Assembly: GCA_032718475.1 (NCBI GenBank)
Contig: JAUCBJ010002722.1
Location: forward strand, 62,001 to 126,000
Source: Nemertoderma westbladi
Taxonomy: Eukaryota; Animalia; Xenacoelomorpha
Direction of reading: 5' to 3'
Length of the DNA stretch: 64,000 nucleotides
Position 1 is the stretch's first letter. Each line of letters starts with the position of its first letter. The notes below the pieces were generated by a model. It was not told the origin of the DNA and searched no databases. It was given only the letters and a program-made list of their open reading frames with translations. The position numbers were made by a program, and so were the translations under genes. Below, piece after piece: positions 27,501 through 38,598 of the stretch.

Positions 27501-30500
27501 TAGTCTGAGCTAGAGCTAATCCACATGGCAGTTGAAGCTACCACCCACACGTAGGCTGGGATGAGTTTTCTTGTTGGTACTACTTAGATTAGGTGTGGCT
27601 ACATCTTCGATTTTATTACTTGGTTGCTATGAGTGAGTGATAAAAATATTGCTGATGTCTTCAATAATGATGGTGGGAGTGTTCGAATACCATGATAATC
27701 TCTTCTGTGGTACGATATCCTATTCTACTTTTGGTCATGATTTTCATCGTTTGAATTAAATTACCAGGACAAATAAATGTCCAGGTGACCTCCAATCATA
27801 GTAATTTGTACCAGCAGACACATAATATGTAGTACATTGTAGACTTTATCCCTGATATCATTGTTGAGGTTGACCGGAATGCTCTTAGATTGAGAGGAAT
27901 ACAAGTTATGTACATATAAGATTTGAGTTTATTTTGGTTTAACTTTGTAGAAGGGTTTTCATTTTTAAAGTGTTGTATTTCCGTTGTTGACATCTTATAG
28001 GTGAGTTTGAAGGTTTTACAAACTATATAGCTTCCATCCATATCTATTATCTATCATCCCTGTCCTACTGTGTTTTATCTGGCTGTGAAGAAATTTTCTA
28101 GTTTTCTAGGCACCTACTTCAGTTGAAAAATTAGTCACGTTATTGTTAGATGAGGTAGTTGGCTTGTGGGTCAATGGAACGTATGTATGGTTAAAGAGTG
28201 ATGCTTCTCGTGATTCAGTTCAACCTTGAGGTTGCATAGCTCCTCTTTAAGGATGTAATTTTGGTGTTTAATTTAGTAAATTGTAACACCATTGTTATTC
28301 ATTGAAGGGGTTGTCATGCACATCGGCCATTAATAAGATACTATTGTGTATGTTACACTGGAATCGCTTGTTATATATATATACCTAACCTTTGCTGATA
28401 GATCAAAACGGTTTAATATAGTTTCCTGCAAAATAAATATGGCATGATGTATGAACCCTGAAACCATGAAGTTCACTTTTGATAATCCTAACAATATTAT
28501 AAGATAAAGTATTCCCTGTCATTCAGATGCATTCGTATTGAAGGTCTTGCCAGGATGGTGAAATCTGGGACCTTGCCTCTGTGGTTTAGTTGTTGCTTTC
28601 AGTATAGCTATAACATCTGGCTCTATGTCATTATTGGGGTATAAACTAGGTGGAAGGCTACTCCAATGATAATGTTGCTTGGGTTTGTTTAGATATATTT
28701 ATACCAGGATTGTATTCTTGAACTGAAAGTTTCAGTGAAAACGTAAGTGGCCCACATTCCACAAAATTGTAGAAAATATCTGTGATCTTCCTATTGTTGT
28801 TAGTCGAAGGATAGTTATCATCTTAATTTCATGTAACTTCCAATTTCATCAATTCCAGATGATATTTGGGCTCATAGCCATTGCCATGTACATCTGATGA
28901 TTGTCTGATATTTACCAAGACTTCCACAAGAAGTTTAATAATCTGTTTTGTCATGTTTTATTATTCTACAGTTCAATATAATTGCTATTAGTACTGCGCA
29001 TATATTCCAGTTGCCTTCATTGTCCAAGTCCTCCACAAAAACCTTATCTTTTGGTGTATCCAGAATAAATTGTTAAAAATCAAGCAAAAAAAATTATCAT
29101 AAAAATGTTAAGAATAAAGTTATTGTTTCATAATTGATAAAAATTGTAGGAATGCAATAATATGCTGACGTAATCTTCCAGTTTTATTGTAGATTGTGGT
29201 GCTGGAGAATATTTATATTCGATATATTATTTTAATCACCATTTTAGACTCTTTGCGGAGAACACCTGCATACGATTAGTCACGAAAACTCACCAGCATC
29301 CCAACTTCGTTTATGTTACTGACGGCTCTGGTGGATGTAGTTCTGACCGAGGAATGAAGGGCGGGTCACAGGTGAGTCAGATGGTCGCTCAGTCATATGG
29401 TTGGTGGTCCTCAGTCAATCAGATGGCTAGTCAGTCTGGTCGGTTGGTTGTTGGTTCTTCGTTTGGTCAGTAGGTCTTTCGTTTGGTTGGTCGGTCATTT
29501 GGTTGGATGTCACTTGTCAGGTCAGTTCTACTGTACTGGCTCCTCAATGGTTGGGAGGCCCACTTTAAGAAGCTCCTGAACAATGGCAGTGTGACATGTG
29601 ACAATGACCTAATTTAACTTTGTGATACATTGTGTGTCTAAATCTCTTTTGAGAGGCCTACTCACAGTCACAGTTATGATACCCATTGGTGAGATATCCT
29701 TTGCCACAGTAAAGACTGCTGCAAAGAGCAATGTCAGTCGGTCATTTAATAAGACATTTCAATAAATATATTTTATGCAACACATGTATATATCAGATGG
29801 TACAAATTTTATTGACCACAAATATCGAAATTATGGAAACCTTTCTACAGCTAGATTTTCATATCTAAAAATTAGATTTTCTTTAAAAGATTTTATTCCC
29901 CTTGCTCCAAGTCACCTCGACCAGAGTGCAGTGGCAGGCCTCAATGTAGTTGAGGAGGCAGAGAACTTAAAGATCAGGACATATGAGGAACTGGTTGACT
30001 GGTGCTACCACCAGTGGCCTTTGAGACCTTCGGTTGACCCAGCCCTGATACGACTGCAGTCATAAAGGTAGTTGAAAACCACCTCCGGTGACACACCCAG
30101 GAGCCTTGCTCCCATCTGGTTCTCCCCCAACGTCTCCTCATTATCATTCTGATCAGCAATACAGCCTCTATCCTGGGTACCATGGACCCCATTCTCTCAG
30201 GCGGCGTTCTCTATGAGGTCCTGTCCACCCCTCCCGCACCCGCTAACAACACGGGATAGACTATTTGTTATTCCTTTTTTTATGTGTTTGTATTATTTTG
30301 TTTTGTACATACATATTCAATCATATACACAGCAACACAGCCTCCACCCTGGGTACCATGGATTGACGGCCTCCATCCTGGGTACCATGGACTGACGGCC
30401 TCCATCCTGGGTACCATGGACCCCGCCCTCTCCGACGGCCTCCATCCGGGGTACCATGGACCCCGCCCTCTCCAGCGGCCTCGATCCTGGGTACCATGGA

Positions 30501-32451
30501 CCCTGCTCTCTCCGATGGCCTCCATCCGGGGTACCATGGACCCCGCCCTCTCCAGCGGCCTCGATCCTGGGCTTGGGTACCATGGACCCCGCCCTCTCCG
30601 ACGGCCTCCATCCTGAGTACCATAGACCCCGCCCTCTCCGACGGCCTCCATCCTGGGTACCATGGACCCCGCCCTCTCCAACGGCCTCCATCCTGAGTAC
30701 CATAGACCCCACCCTCTCCGATGGCCTCCATCCTGGGTACCATGGACCCCGCCCTCTCCAGCGGCCTCGATCCTGGGTACCATGGACCCCGCCCTCTCCG
30801 ACGGCCTCCATCCTGAGTACCATGGACCCTGCTCTCTCCCACGGCCTCCATCCTGGGTACCATGGACCCCACCCTCTCCGATGGTCTCGATCCTGTGTAC
30901 CATGCACCCTGCCCTCTCCGACGGCCTCCATACTGGGTACCATGGACCCCGTCCTCTCCGACGGCCTCTATGAGGTCCTGTCTCCCCCTCCCTCACCCGC
31001 TAACAACACAACACGGGATAGATAGACTATCAAATTTAATTTTTTTAGCTTTATTTATATATATATTTTAATTAATTAGATTGTGCTATTTCATTATCAT
31101 TTGTGCTCCGGAATCTAAAATGCATTCTCCATTTTAGATTAAATCTTGGAGGATGGATTTTGCTTGAACGGTTATATTATATTATTTGTTATTTTTGCCA
31201 GCTATGCAATGAGTTTGGCAATAATGCTGTTGTTATAATCATTGTTATCTATCACTCACCTTTTGTTAAAGATAAAATAATATATTTAATATAGATAATG
31301 AAGCTCGGAGATAAATCTGAAGAAGGGGGTTCTTGTAAAAAAACATTCATTGTTTTCCACGAGTTTATGCATATTATCATTGGGTTCTTTCAAGGCAATG
31401 AAAATATAATGAAACGCAACGATAACGTTGACCCTAAAGCAATTCGAAATTTTGACGTTAAGGGCGCCGTTATTAATTCACCGAGTAAGTAACAATCTGA
31501 TTTTAAAATTTTATTGTAAAGCTCATTACAAATGTTGTAATTTAGTTTTGAAGCCCTTTTGGGTAGTAAACAGAAAACTCTCCCCCTGGACCTTCATTTT
31601 AGATGAGCCGATGTTTCATTCATATTCATATTAATCACAGAAACCTGGATAATATTCTAAAACCTAATTTACGGCTCCGATAAAATCGACTCACATTTTT
31701 GTGATTGTTGTTTAAGTAGTTAAATTAGTTATTTGAATTGATTTATAAAAATCTCATGTACGATAAGAAAATGAAAACCTTGGTAAGATCAAATATATTT
31801 TTATTGGTCCTTGGGTGGAAAAATTTATGTAATTTATTCATTTCACTATGTCTTACAGCTTTGGTGATAATAAAAGAATGATTTTCTGCACTTAAGATCT
31901 CCCATATTTGTGGAACCAAGACACTTATTCGCTGCATCCTTGCCTTCTGCTGACATTGCTTACACAGCTTTATTCGTCGCCATAAAAAATGTAGGCCTAC
32001 CCCATTGTAACAAGTGTACACTGTACAGTTAGTTTGAGTCATACATATAGGAAAAGTTAATTATTGCTTTAATTACCAATGTTAACTCAAATTTATCACA
32101 ATGCTTCCCCATCTAGGGGTCGAACCAGAGCCTCCTGATTGGAGGAAGCCCAGGAATGCAAGCAGCTGCATTATTAGTAATTAACTATTTAAGTTAATTA
32201 GCTTAATTATTAGTTAATATAGTTAATTATTAGTTAATATAGTTAATTAACTTAATTATTAACTATTTATAATAATTGCGATAAAAGAAAACAAATGTAG
32301 TGTTGATAAATAATTTAGACTTAAGTTAATAAAATTATAAATATACTTAAATGTAATAATTGCAGGAAGTACTACAGGAGTAAAATTTGCGAAGAATGAG
32401 TCACCTTCCGCTGCAGACTACGCCAGAATCAATAGCGTATATGGCTGTTAA
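21596..32451 (+). CDS. Secreted antistasin-domain + astacin-like (M12A) protein, 5 exons: 21596-21794, 26904-27081, 29248-29371, 31295-31484, 32366-32451 (about 258 aa)
   Basis: All introns GT-AG with compatible phases (1,2,0,1), total 777 nt. Signal peptide; antistasin CxxxCxYGxxxDxxGCxxCxC; RNKR furin site; W..VPY.I, ENTCIRL, GCSS..G..GG.Q, HEFMH, S..D...IN..Y.C; AATAAA at 32506. Confidence 0.85.
22330..24170. mobile_element. Rearranged Ty3/Gypsy remnant (gag-like on minus, RNase H on plus, integrase end on minus) in intron 1
   Basis: ELELLAI.WA...F.VVTDHKPL...ADALSR (+, 22741-23292); GTHVRIQ....W...RSY.V....RNRRFL (-); gag-like ORF 23527-24117 (-). Confidence 0.8.
24540..25405 (+). mobile_element. 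LINE 3' fragment, related to 47470-48597
   Basis: Protein similarity between ORFs (LW..IAVP, LSG..PLS, RTL.CP..LQL.FR.A, KGISSGY); (gaat)n tail. Confidence 0.7.
25499..25572 (-). mobile_element. Very short 3'-end copy of the RTE element at 35222-36772
   Basis: Reverse complement of gacaagccggca..gcattcttaaaaatgcagctgcaatgcagcatgccgat.ctagtagta. Confidence 0.85.
25575..26384. mobile_element. piggyBac-like non-autonomous element end with internal direct/inverted repeats
   Basis: Ends in taataggg|TTAA like 35208; internal repeats (tggtgcaccaa, gattgaaagtaatat) also seen at 24460-24520. Confidence 0.5.
27500..28500 (-). mobile_element. Possible highly decayed LINE endonuclease remnant
   Basis: Only IFILQET (about 28420-28440, minus) and an IGG.L-like motif visible. 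Confidence 0.25.
30165..31030 (+). repeat. 40-bp GC-rich minisatellite (gggtaccatggaccccgccctctccgacggcctccatcct), about 15 copies, with duplicated terminal segment
   Basis: gtaccatgga at 30411, 30451, 30491...; the tail tatgaggtcctgtc...cacccgctaacaacac..gggatag occurs at about 30212 and about 30969. Confidence 0.95.
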
Positions 32452-33669
32452 AATAACTATATAATATCAATGTTTCTATTGTGGTGGGAGTAAATTGTTT
32501 AGGTGAATAAAATGACTTAGTAGGTTTAGTGTTGTTTACCTATTTCGACATAATTAATAGTAAAGGAGGATGCTTATTATTGGTAACAAATTATTTTCAT
32601 ATGATTAAAATCTTAATTGATGTACCTACCGTATTTACTTGATATTACATGATGTTACATATAGATATTACATGATGCACCTGCTATACCATACGCACCC
32701 GGATAGTTATAAAACCCGAAAATAACGAAAATAACGAAATGATCAACGAAAATATCGAATTTATCAAACAATCTGCAAAATCTCGCTTTCCAGTACGATA
32801 GGTATTATTAGAAGGCACACTTGACATTTTTTAATTAATAAAATCCGATAATTTCGCCCCATTTTCGACCTTAAAAGTAATTTATTACCAAATACTGTCT
32901 GCTGGTTGGTTGTTAGGTGTTGACCAATGGGGGCTTGGATGAAATCAGTGTACTGCAGTATTGGTCTGGTGCATTACAGATGTGGTGCTACAGATGTACT
33001 GATGTACAACGTACAGGCCTACAACAGTACAACAGCCCTATCAACCTACAGGAGCTGTTGCGCTGACAGACAGAGAGATAACATCCCATGGGGTAGGGCG
33101 TAGGGGATACAGGGTAAGGATTTTTTCTGGACTATCAGATACCGGTAGAAGATGATTAGGCCTATTAAAAGTAGGAACGATGGCGACGGCATCTATCAAA
33201 CCCGGAATGATGGCAACGGAGAATATTAAACCTGTAAACCCAGAAGCCATAACGATGGCGACGGAGTCTATTAAACTCGGAACGATGGCGACGGAATCTA
33301 TTAAACCCAGAACGATGGCGACGGAGTCTATTAAACCCGGAACGATGGCGACGGAGTCTATTAAACCCAGAACGATGGCGACGGAGTCTATTGAACCCGG
33401 AACAATGGTGACGGAGTCTATTAAACCCGGAACGATGGCGACAGAGTCTATTAAACCCATAATGATGGCGACGGAGTCTATTAAACCCAGAATGATAGCG
33501 TCGGAGTCTATTAAACCCGGAACGATGGAACCCGGAACTACTAGGAAGCCAATAGATTTTTAGGAAAAGTCATAAAATTTCAGATTTCCAACTGCGTTTG
33601 TTTCAGAATTATATTAAAAAAACCATGGGGGGAGGGGGGGTCATATTGACCCCCCCCCCCCGGGTTTAA

Positions 33670-35208
33670 CCCTATTAGTACCGGGCTATAAAATGTACAA
33701 ATACCGGGGGGGGGGGGGTCATATTCACCCCCCCCCCCCCCCCTCTAAAATCTACAAATATTTACGAAAACGTCTGATTTTTTGTTTGTACGTAGGTATC
33801 ACTTGTCTGGATCCGACCGAATAAAAATTTTCTAAAAAATGTACTGGGGTGGTTATATTGCAGCACCAAAATTACAAGTAGTGCACAATTTTCAAAAAAT
33901 TTGAAAGTTACATTTTCGGCTAATTATTTTTCAATACAGGTTTTTTGGGGTGCAAAATACATTGGAAAATATTTAAAAATTATATGATTACTATAAATGG
34001 CTGTTTAGTCCTCTCTGCGTAGGAAAAAAATGAAAATAATAAGTTTCATAATAAGTTTCTTTTCAGTTAGAACACAAAATTTTTAATTCACTTATACGAT
34101 GCTATAAATTAACATTTTCAGGTTTTCGAGGGCGCTGATTCTAATGGAATACATTTCTAATATGCCAGATCATTGCTACTTGTATTTTATGGCGTAATTT
34201 GGAAAATTTTGGTGCTAACACCAAATTTCGTACCCATCACCAAAAATTACAAGTTTGCGATGTCCAGTGCTGTTTTTATTGATTCCATCGGATTCAGGAC
34301 CCTCATAAACCCGTATAACGCAAGAAACAAGGTGATACTATCTACTTATCAATTTGCATATTTTCCAAAATTTGGTGCTGGCACAATAATTTTCACCCAC
34401 CGGCGAAAAATACAAGTTTGAGAACTCTTCTGAAATTTTTACTGATTCCATTGAATTCAGAACCATCACAAACCCGTATAACGAAAGAAACAAGGTGACA
34501 CAATCAATTGATATATTTTATGGTTTTCAAAATTTGGTGCTAGCACCACATTTTGCACCCACATCCGAAAAATACAAGTTTGAGATGTCTAGTTCGATAA
34601 TTATATTTTCCATTGAATTCAGAACAGCCATAAACCTCTAAAACGCAAAAATAAATTGTCACAAGCAATTTTATATATTGAATGGATTTTCAAAATTTCG
34701 TGCTAGCACCAAAATTTGCACACAGCACCGAAAAATACAAGTTTGATACGCTTGGTGCAACTCGTATATATTTCATCGAATCCAGAACCCCAAAAAACCC
34801 CAATTGCGTAAAAAACAAGTTTCAAACAATCAATTTACAAAATTGACTTATTTCAAAATTTGGTGCTGGCACCAAAATTTGGCACCCATCGAAAAAAACA
34901 AGTTTGAAATTTCTAAATCAATTTATATGAATTCCATCCAATTTCTAACACCAAAAACCGGTGTAAATCAAAAATAGAGATGTTACAATTCATATTTAAT
35001 GAAATGTAATTTTCAAAAAACGTCTCAAAAAAAGTGCCAAAAGTAGGGTTAAAAAATGGTGCTATAACTCGAAAAGAATCCAATATTTTTGAAAACGGTT
35101 TTCACTACCATAAACTTTCAGATTCCCAACTGCGTTTGCTTCAGAATTATAATAAAAAAACCACGGGGGGGGGGGTCATATTGACCCCCCCCCCCGGGTT
35201 TAATAGGG
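33670..35208. mobile_element. piggyBac-like MITE (TTAA TSD) with about 145-bp internal tandem repeats
   Basis: TTAA|CCCTATTA ... TAATAGGG|TTAA; internal repeats containing aaaatttggtgct.gcacc at about 34200-34960. Confidence 0.75.
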
Positions 35209-35221
35209 TTAATAGGGTTAA

Positions 35222-36772
35222 GACCAATCGTACCAGTGGAGTAGATGGTGTTCCCCCTGAGGTCTTTAAAATACCTGAGTGTTTAAAGCTCATCTATCCC
35301 ATCATAGTAAACATGTACCGAACAACAAGAGTCCCACAAGAAATGAAAACAAATAAGTTGGTGCCAGTTCCCAAGAAGGGCAACCTAACACTCTATGGTT
35401 CTTTTCGGGGAATCTCATTGATCTCGATTGCTGCAAAGCTATACAATAGAATTCTATTAAATCGCATCAGGGTTCCCATTGAGAGACTGCTTCGTGGACA
35501 TCAGAATGGGTTCAGTAAAGGTAGTGGGACCATGGAACCCATTTTGGCACTTAGAAGAATAATTGAAGAGTTATCAAAAAAGAAAGACAGGCATCTATCT
35601 GGCTGTTATCTTTGTTGACTTCTTCAAGGCCTTTGATTCAGTCTCCCGCTCCCGTTCAGCATACTTTAATTATATGCGATTCCTGATGAAATTATTGCAG
35701 CAATCAGATCAGTATACGGTGGTTCGGCAACATTTGTGTCTACTGTTGATGGTGACACAGAACCATTTGAAGTGTTATGGGGCGTCCTCCAGGGAGACAC
35801 ACTTGCACCATTCTTATTCATAATTGTGGTTGACTATGTTCTACGCATGTCCTTAGATCATCATAATGATGATGGGGTGATGATAGCTCCACCTACTGTC
35901 TCCAGAAGTCGAGGAAATCCTGCCAAGTACCTAACTGATCTAGACTTTGCTGATGACTTAGGAGTACTCTCATAATCACTAGAGGGAGCCCAATGGCTCC
36001 TCAGCTCATTAGAACATGCTTCTTCTAGTGTTGGTCTTTTTATTAACTCCAGAAAGACCAAAATTTTGACAGTTAACTTTGAAAGTTCTCAGCAAGTCTC
36101 TGATCGGATGAGCATAAGCTCAAAGGATGGTGTGCTTGAGCATGTGGACGACTTCTGTTACCTGGGATCATGGATCCGGAATTCAGGTGAGGACCTTCGA
36201 ATACGTAAGTGAAAGGCATGGGCAGCCTTGAATAGGCTTTCCAGGATTTGTAAGTCACCGATAATTAATCGGAAACTTAAGGTCCGATTATTTAGAGCAG
36301 CAGTAGTTCCAGTACTCCTCTATGGGAGTCCATGCTGGGCTCTAACTGCTGAGGACACCAAATCTCTGGATGGCACATTCACAAGAATGCTACGCCGGGT
36401 TCATTGTGTCAAGAACAATGCACACATCTCCAACCAGACACTATATAGCATTGGAGGTGTCTCATTGGTTCCCCCAAGCTTGACACTAGAACAAAATCGC
36501 ATCCGCTTTGCAGGACATTGCTTTCGCCGTGAGGACCATCCAGTTCATAATCTTGTACTTTGGCAGCCTCATGGAGTGAATAAGCATGGTGGACAGCCCA
36601 TGACTTTCTTGAGACTCATCTTAAAGGACACTGGTCTTGAAGATGCGGATGATCTAGCAAATGTCATGGGTGATAGGGAGTTGTGGCGGTGCAATTTTGT
36701 CGACAAGCCGGCATAGCATTCTTAAAAATGCAGCTGCAATGCAGCATGCCGATACTAGTAGTAGTAGTAGTG
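35222..36772 (+). mobile_element. 5'-truncated decayed RTE-clade LINE
   Basis: G.DG.P.E, PKKG.L...FRGISL, HQNGF, FVDF.KAFDS, GVLQGDTLAP, DFADD, LLYGS..W; (tag)n tail. Confidence 0.9.
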
Positions 36773-37159
36773 TTGGAGGCCTTCTGACTCCTGCCATTGT
36801 CGGTTTTGTGGCGCGCCTGCCACAGATATTCTACACTCTTCATTATCACTTCTACATTCTACCGGACAATCTATCCCATCTGCGTCTCGGTTTTCACTTG
36901 AAGTCCTTACAAGATTCGTCACTTAATTTCTCTTAATTAATTCTTACTTTAATCATTTTGCGATCTTTCTTCGACTTATTGGTTTTATTTATTTTATACT
37001 ACCCGTTGGGTAAATAAAGATAACAATTTCATATGGCGGGTTACAGAGTGTTTCTTTTTGGGGCAGATCTTAGCCTAAGCAAAGTTATTGGTGACCCATA
37101 GGCTCCCCTCTATTGGCTATAACCGTAGGTACAGCGTCGAATACTATGTATTGTACGAA

Positions 37160-37360
37160 ATTACAATGTCCGAGTGGATACAGTGCATAATAGTGATTGG
37201 CTGCTCAGGTTCAAATCCAGCTAAAGGCTGTATCATTTTCGCACTGGTGTGCCCCACAACCCCCCCCCCCCCCCCCCCAACCCGAATGGGTGGAAACTAG
37301 CCACATTCAGCCACCATATATAGTGAAGGGGAGTACGGAGAGTCAGTCGAATATGTGTAG
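37160..37360 (+). mobile_element. tRNA-derived SINE-like head (different family)
   Basis: tgtccgagtgg (A-box-like) and ggttcaaatcc (B box). Confidence 0.45.
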
Positions 37361-38598
37361 CAGTGAATACATGTTTCACATTAACAATGATAACGGTGAC
37401 AATAATAATCAACATTGACGTTAAAAAAAATGACTCGAATTAATACCGCACTGATATGATTCATATGTAATGTTAAAATCATAAAAGTTATCATAAAAGT
37501 TACCGATAGCTCTTGATTAATCATAAATTGACATGACATATAAAGTGATTGACAGATTGATGTTAAATAATTTCAAAATTATCAATATAAAAATATATTA
37601 TTATGATTTTAGTATTGGCGACAAACCAGTCTGACTTTGAAACTCTCTTGTTCAATGTATAATCGTATGGGGTTATTTGATTGGCATCACAATCCCTCGG
37701 GGTTATGGGGTTTAATAGACTCAGCATTCGATCGCTCTCGTAATTCCGGGTTTAATAAACTCCGTCGCCATCGTTCCGGGTATAATAGACTCAGTCGCCA
37801 TTGTTCCGAGTTTAATAGACTCCGTTGCCATCATTCCGGGTTTAATAGACACCGTCGCCATTGTTCCGGCTTCCGGGTTTAATAGACTCCGTCGCCATCG
37901 TTCCTTCTTTTAATAATCATCTTCTACCTGTATCTGATAGTCCAGAATTAATCCTTAACATGTACCCCCTACACCCTACCCCATGGGACGTTATAGCTAT
38001 CTCTGTCAGCGCAACAGCTCCTGTAGGCTGATAGCAGGGCTGTTGTACTGTTGTAGGCCTGTACATCAGTACATCTGTAGCACCACATCTGTAATGCACC
38101 AGACCAATACTGCAGTTCACTGATTTCATCCAAGCCCCCATTGGTCAACAGCTAACACCTAACAACCAACCAGCAGACAGTATTTGGTATTAAATTACTT
38201 TTAAGGTCGAAAATGGGGCGAAATTATCGGATTTTATTAATTAAAAAATGTCAAGTGTGCCTTCTAATAATACCTATCGTCCTGGAAAGCGAGATTTTGC
38301 AGAATGTTTGATAAATTCGATATTTTCGTTGATCATTTCGTCTTTTTCGTTATTTTCGGGTTTTATAACTATCCTACGCCCCATATACCAGCTATACCAT
38401 ACCACCCCCCCCCCCCCCCCCCATCATGTCAGCCATTACGCATACGACGCATAGATAGACCATGAATGCAATATAATATGCAGCTACTGCAGCAGATAAA
38501 TTAGGAAAATTATTAAAATATACATTAATTTATATTAATTTTATAATATATTAAATATATATCAATATAGCATAATGAATCATAATATATCAAATAAG

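Larger units (their letters stand above)
32701..38374. mobile_element. Foldback/Mutator-like element with about 470-bp outer TIRs plus inner 30-bp tandem repeats
   Basis: GGATAGTTATAAAACCCG ... CGGGTTTTATAACTATCC; 30-bp unit aacgatggcgacggagtctattaaacccgg at 33176-33530 and inverted at 37700-37905; imperfect TSD tacgcaccc/tacgcccca. Confidence 0.85.

Noticed and set aside
30280-31071. Multiple overlapping Pro/Gly/Arg-rich ORFs
   Set aside because: Artefacts of a GC-rich 40-bp minisatellite
31600-31900. Candidate Met-turn exon for the astacin-like gene
   Set aside because: Tested AG acceptors hit early stops and no SxMHY motif was found
33041-33563. MATESIKPGT repeat protein
   Set aside because: 30-bp repeat belonging to the Foldback-like TIR, mirrored at 37700-37905
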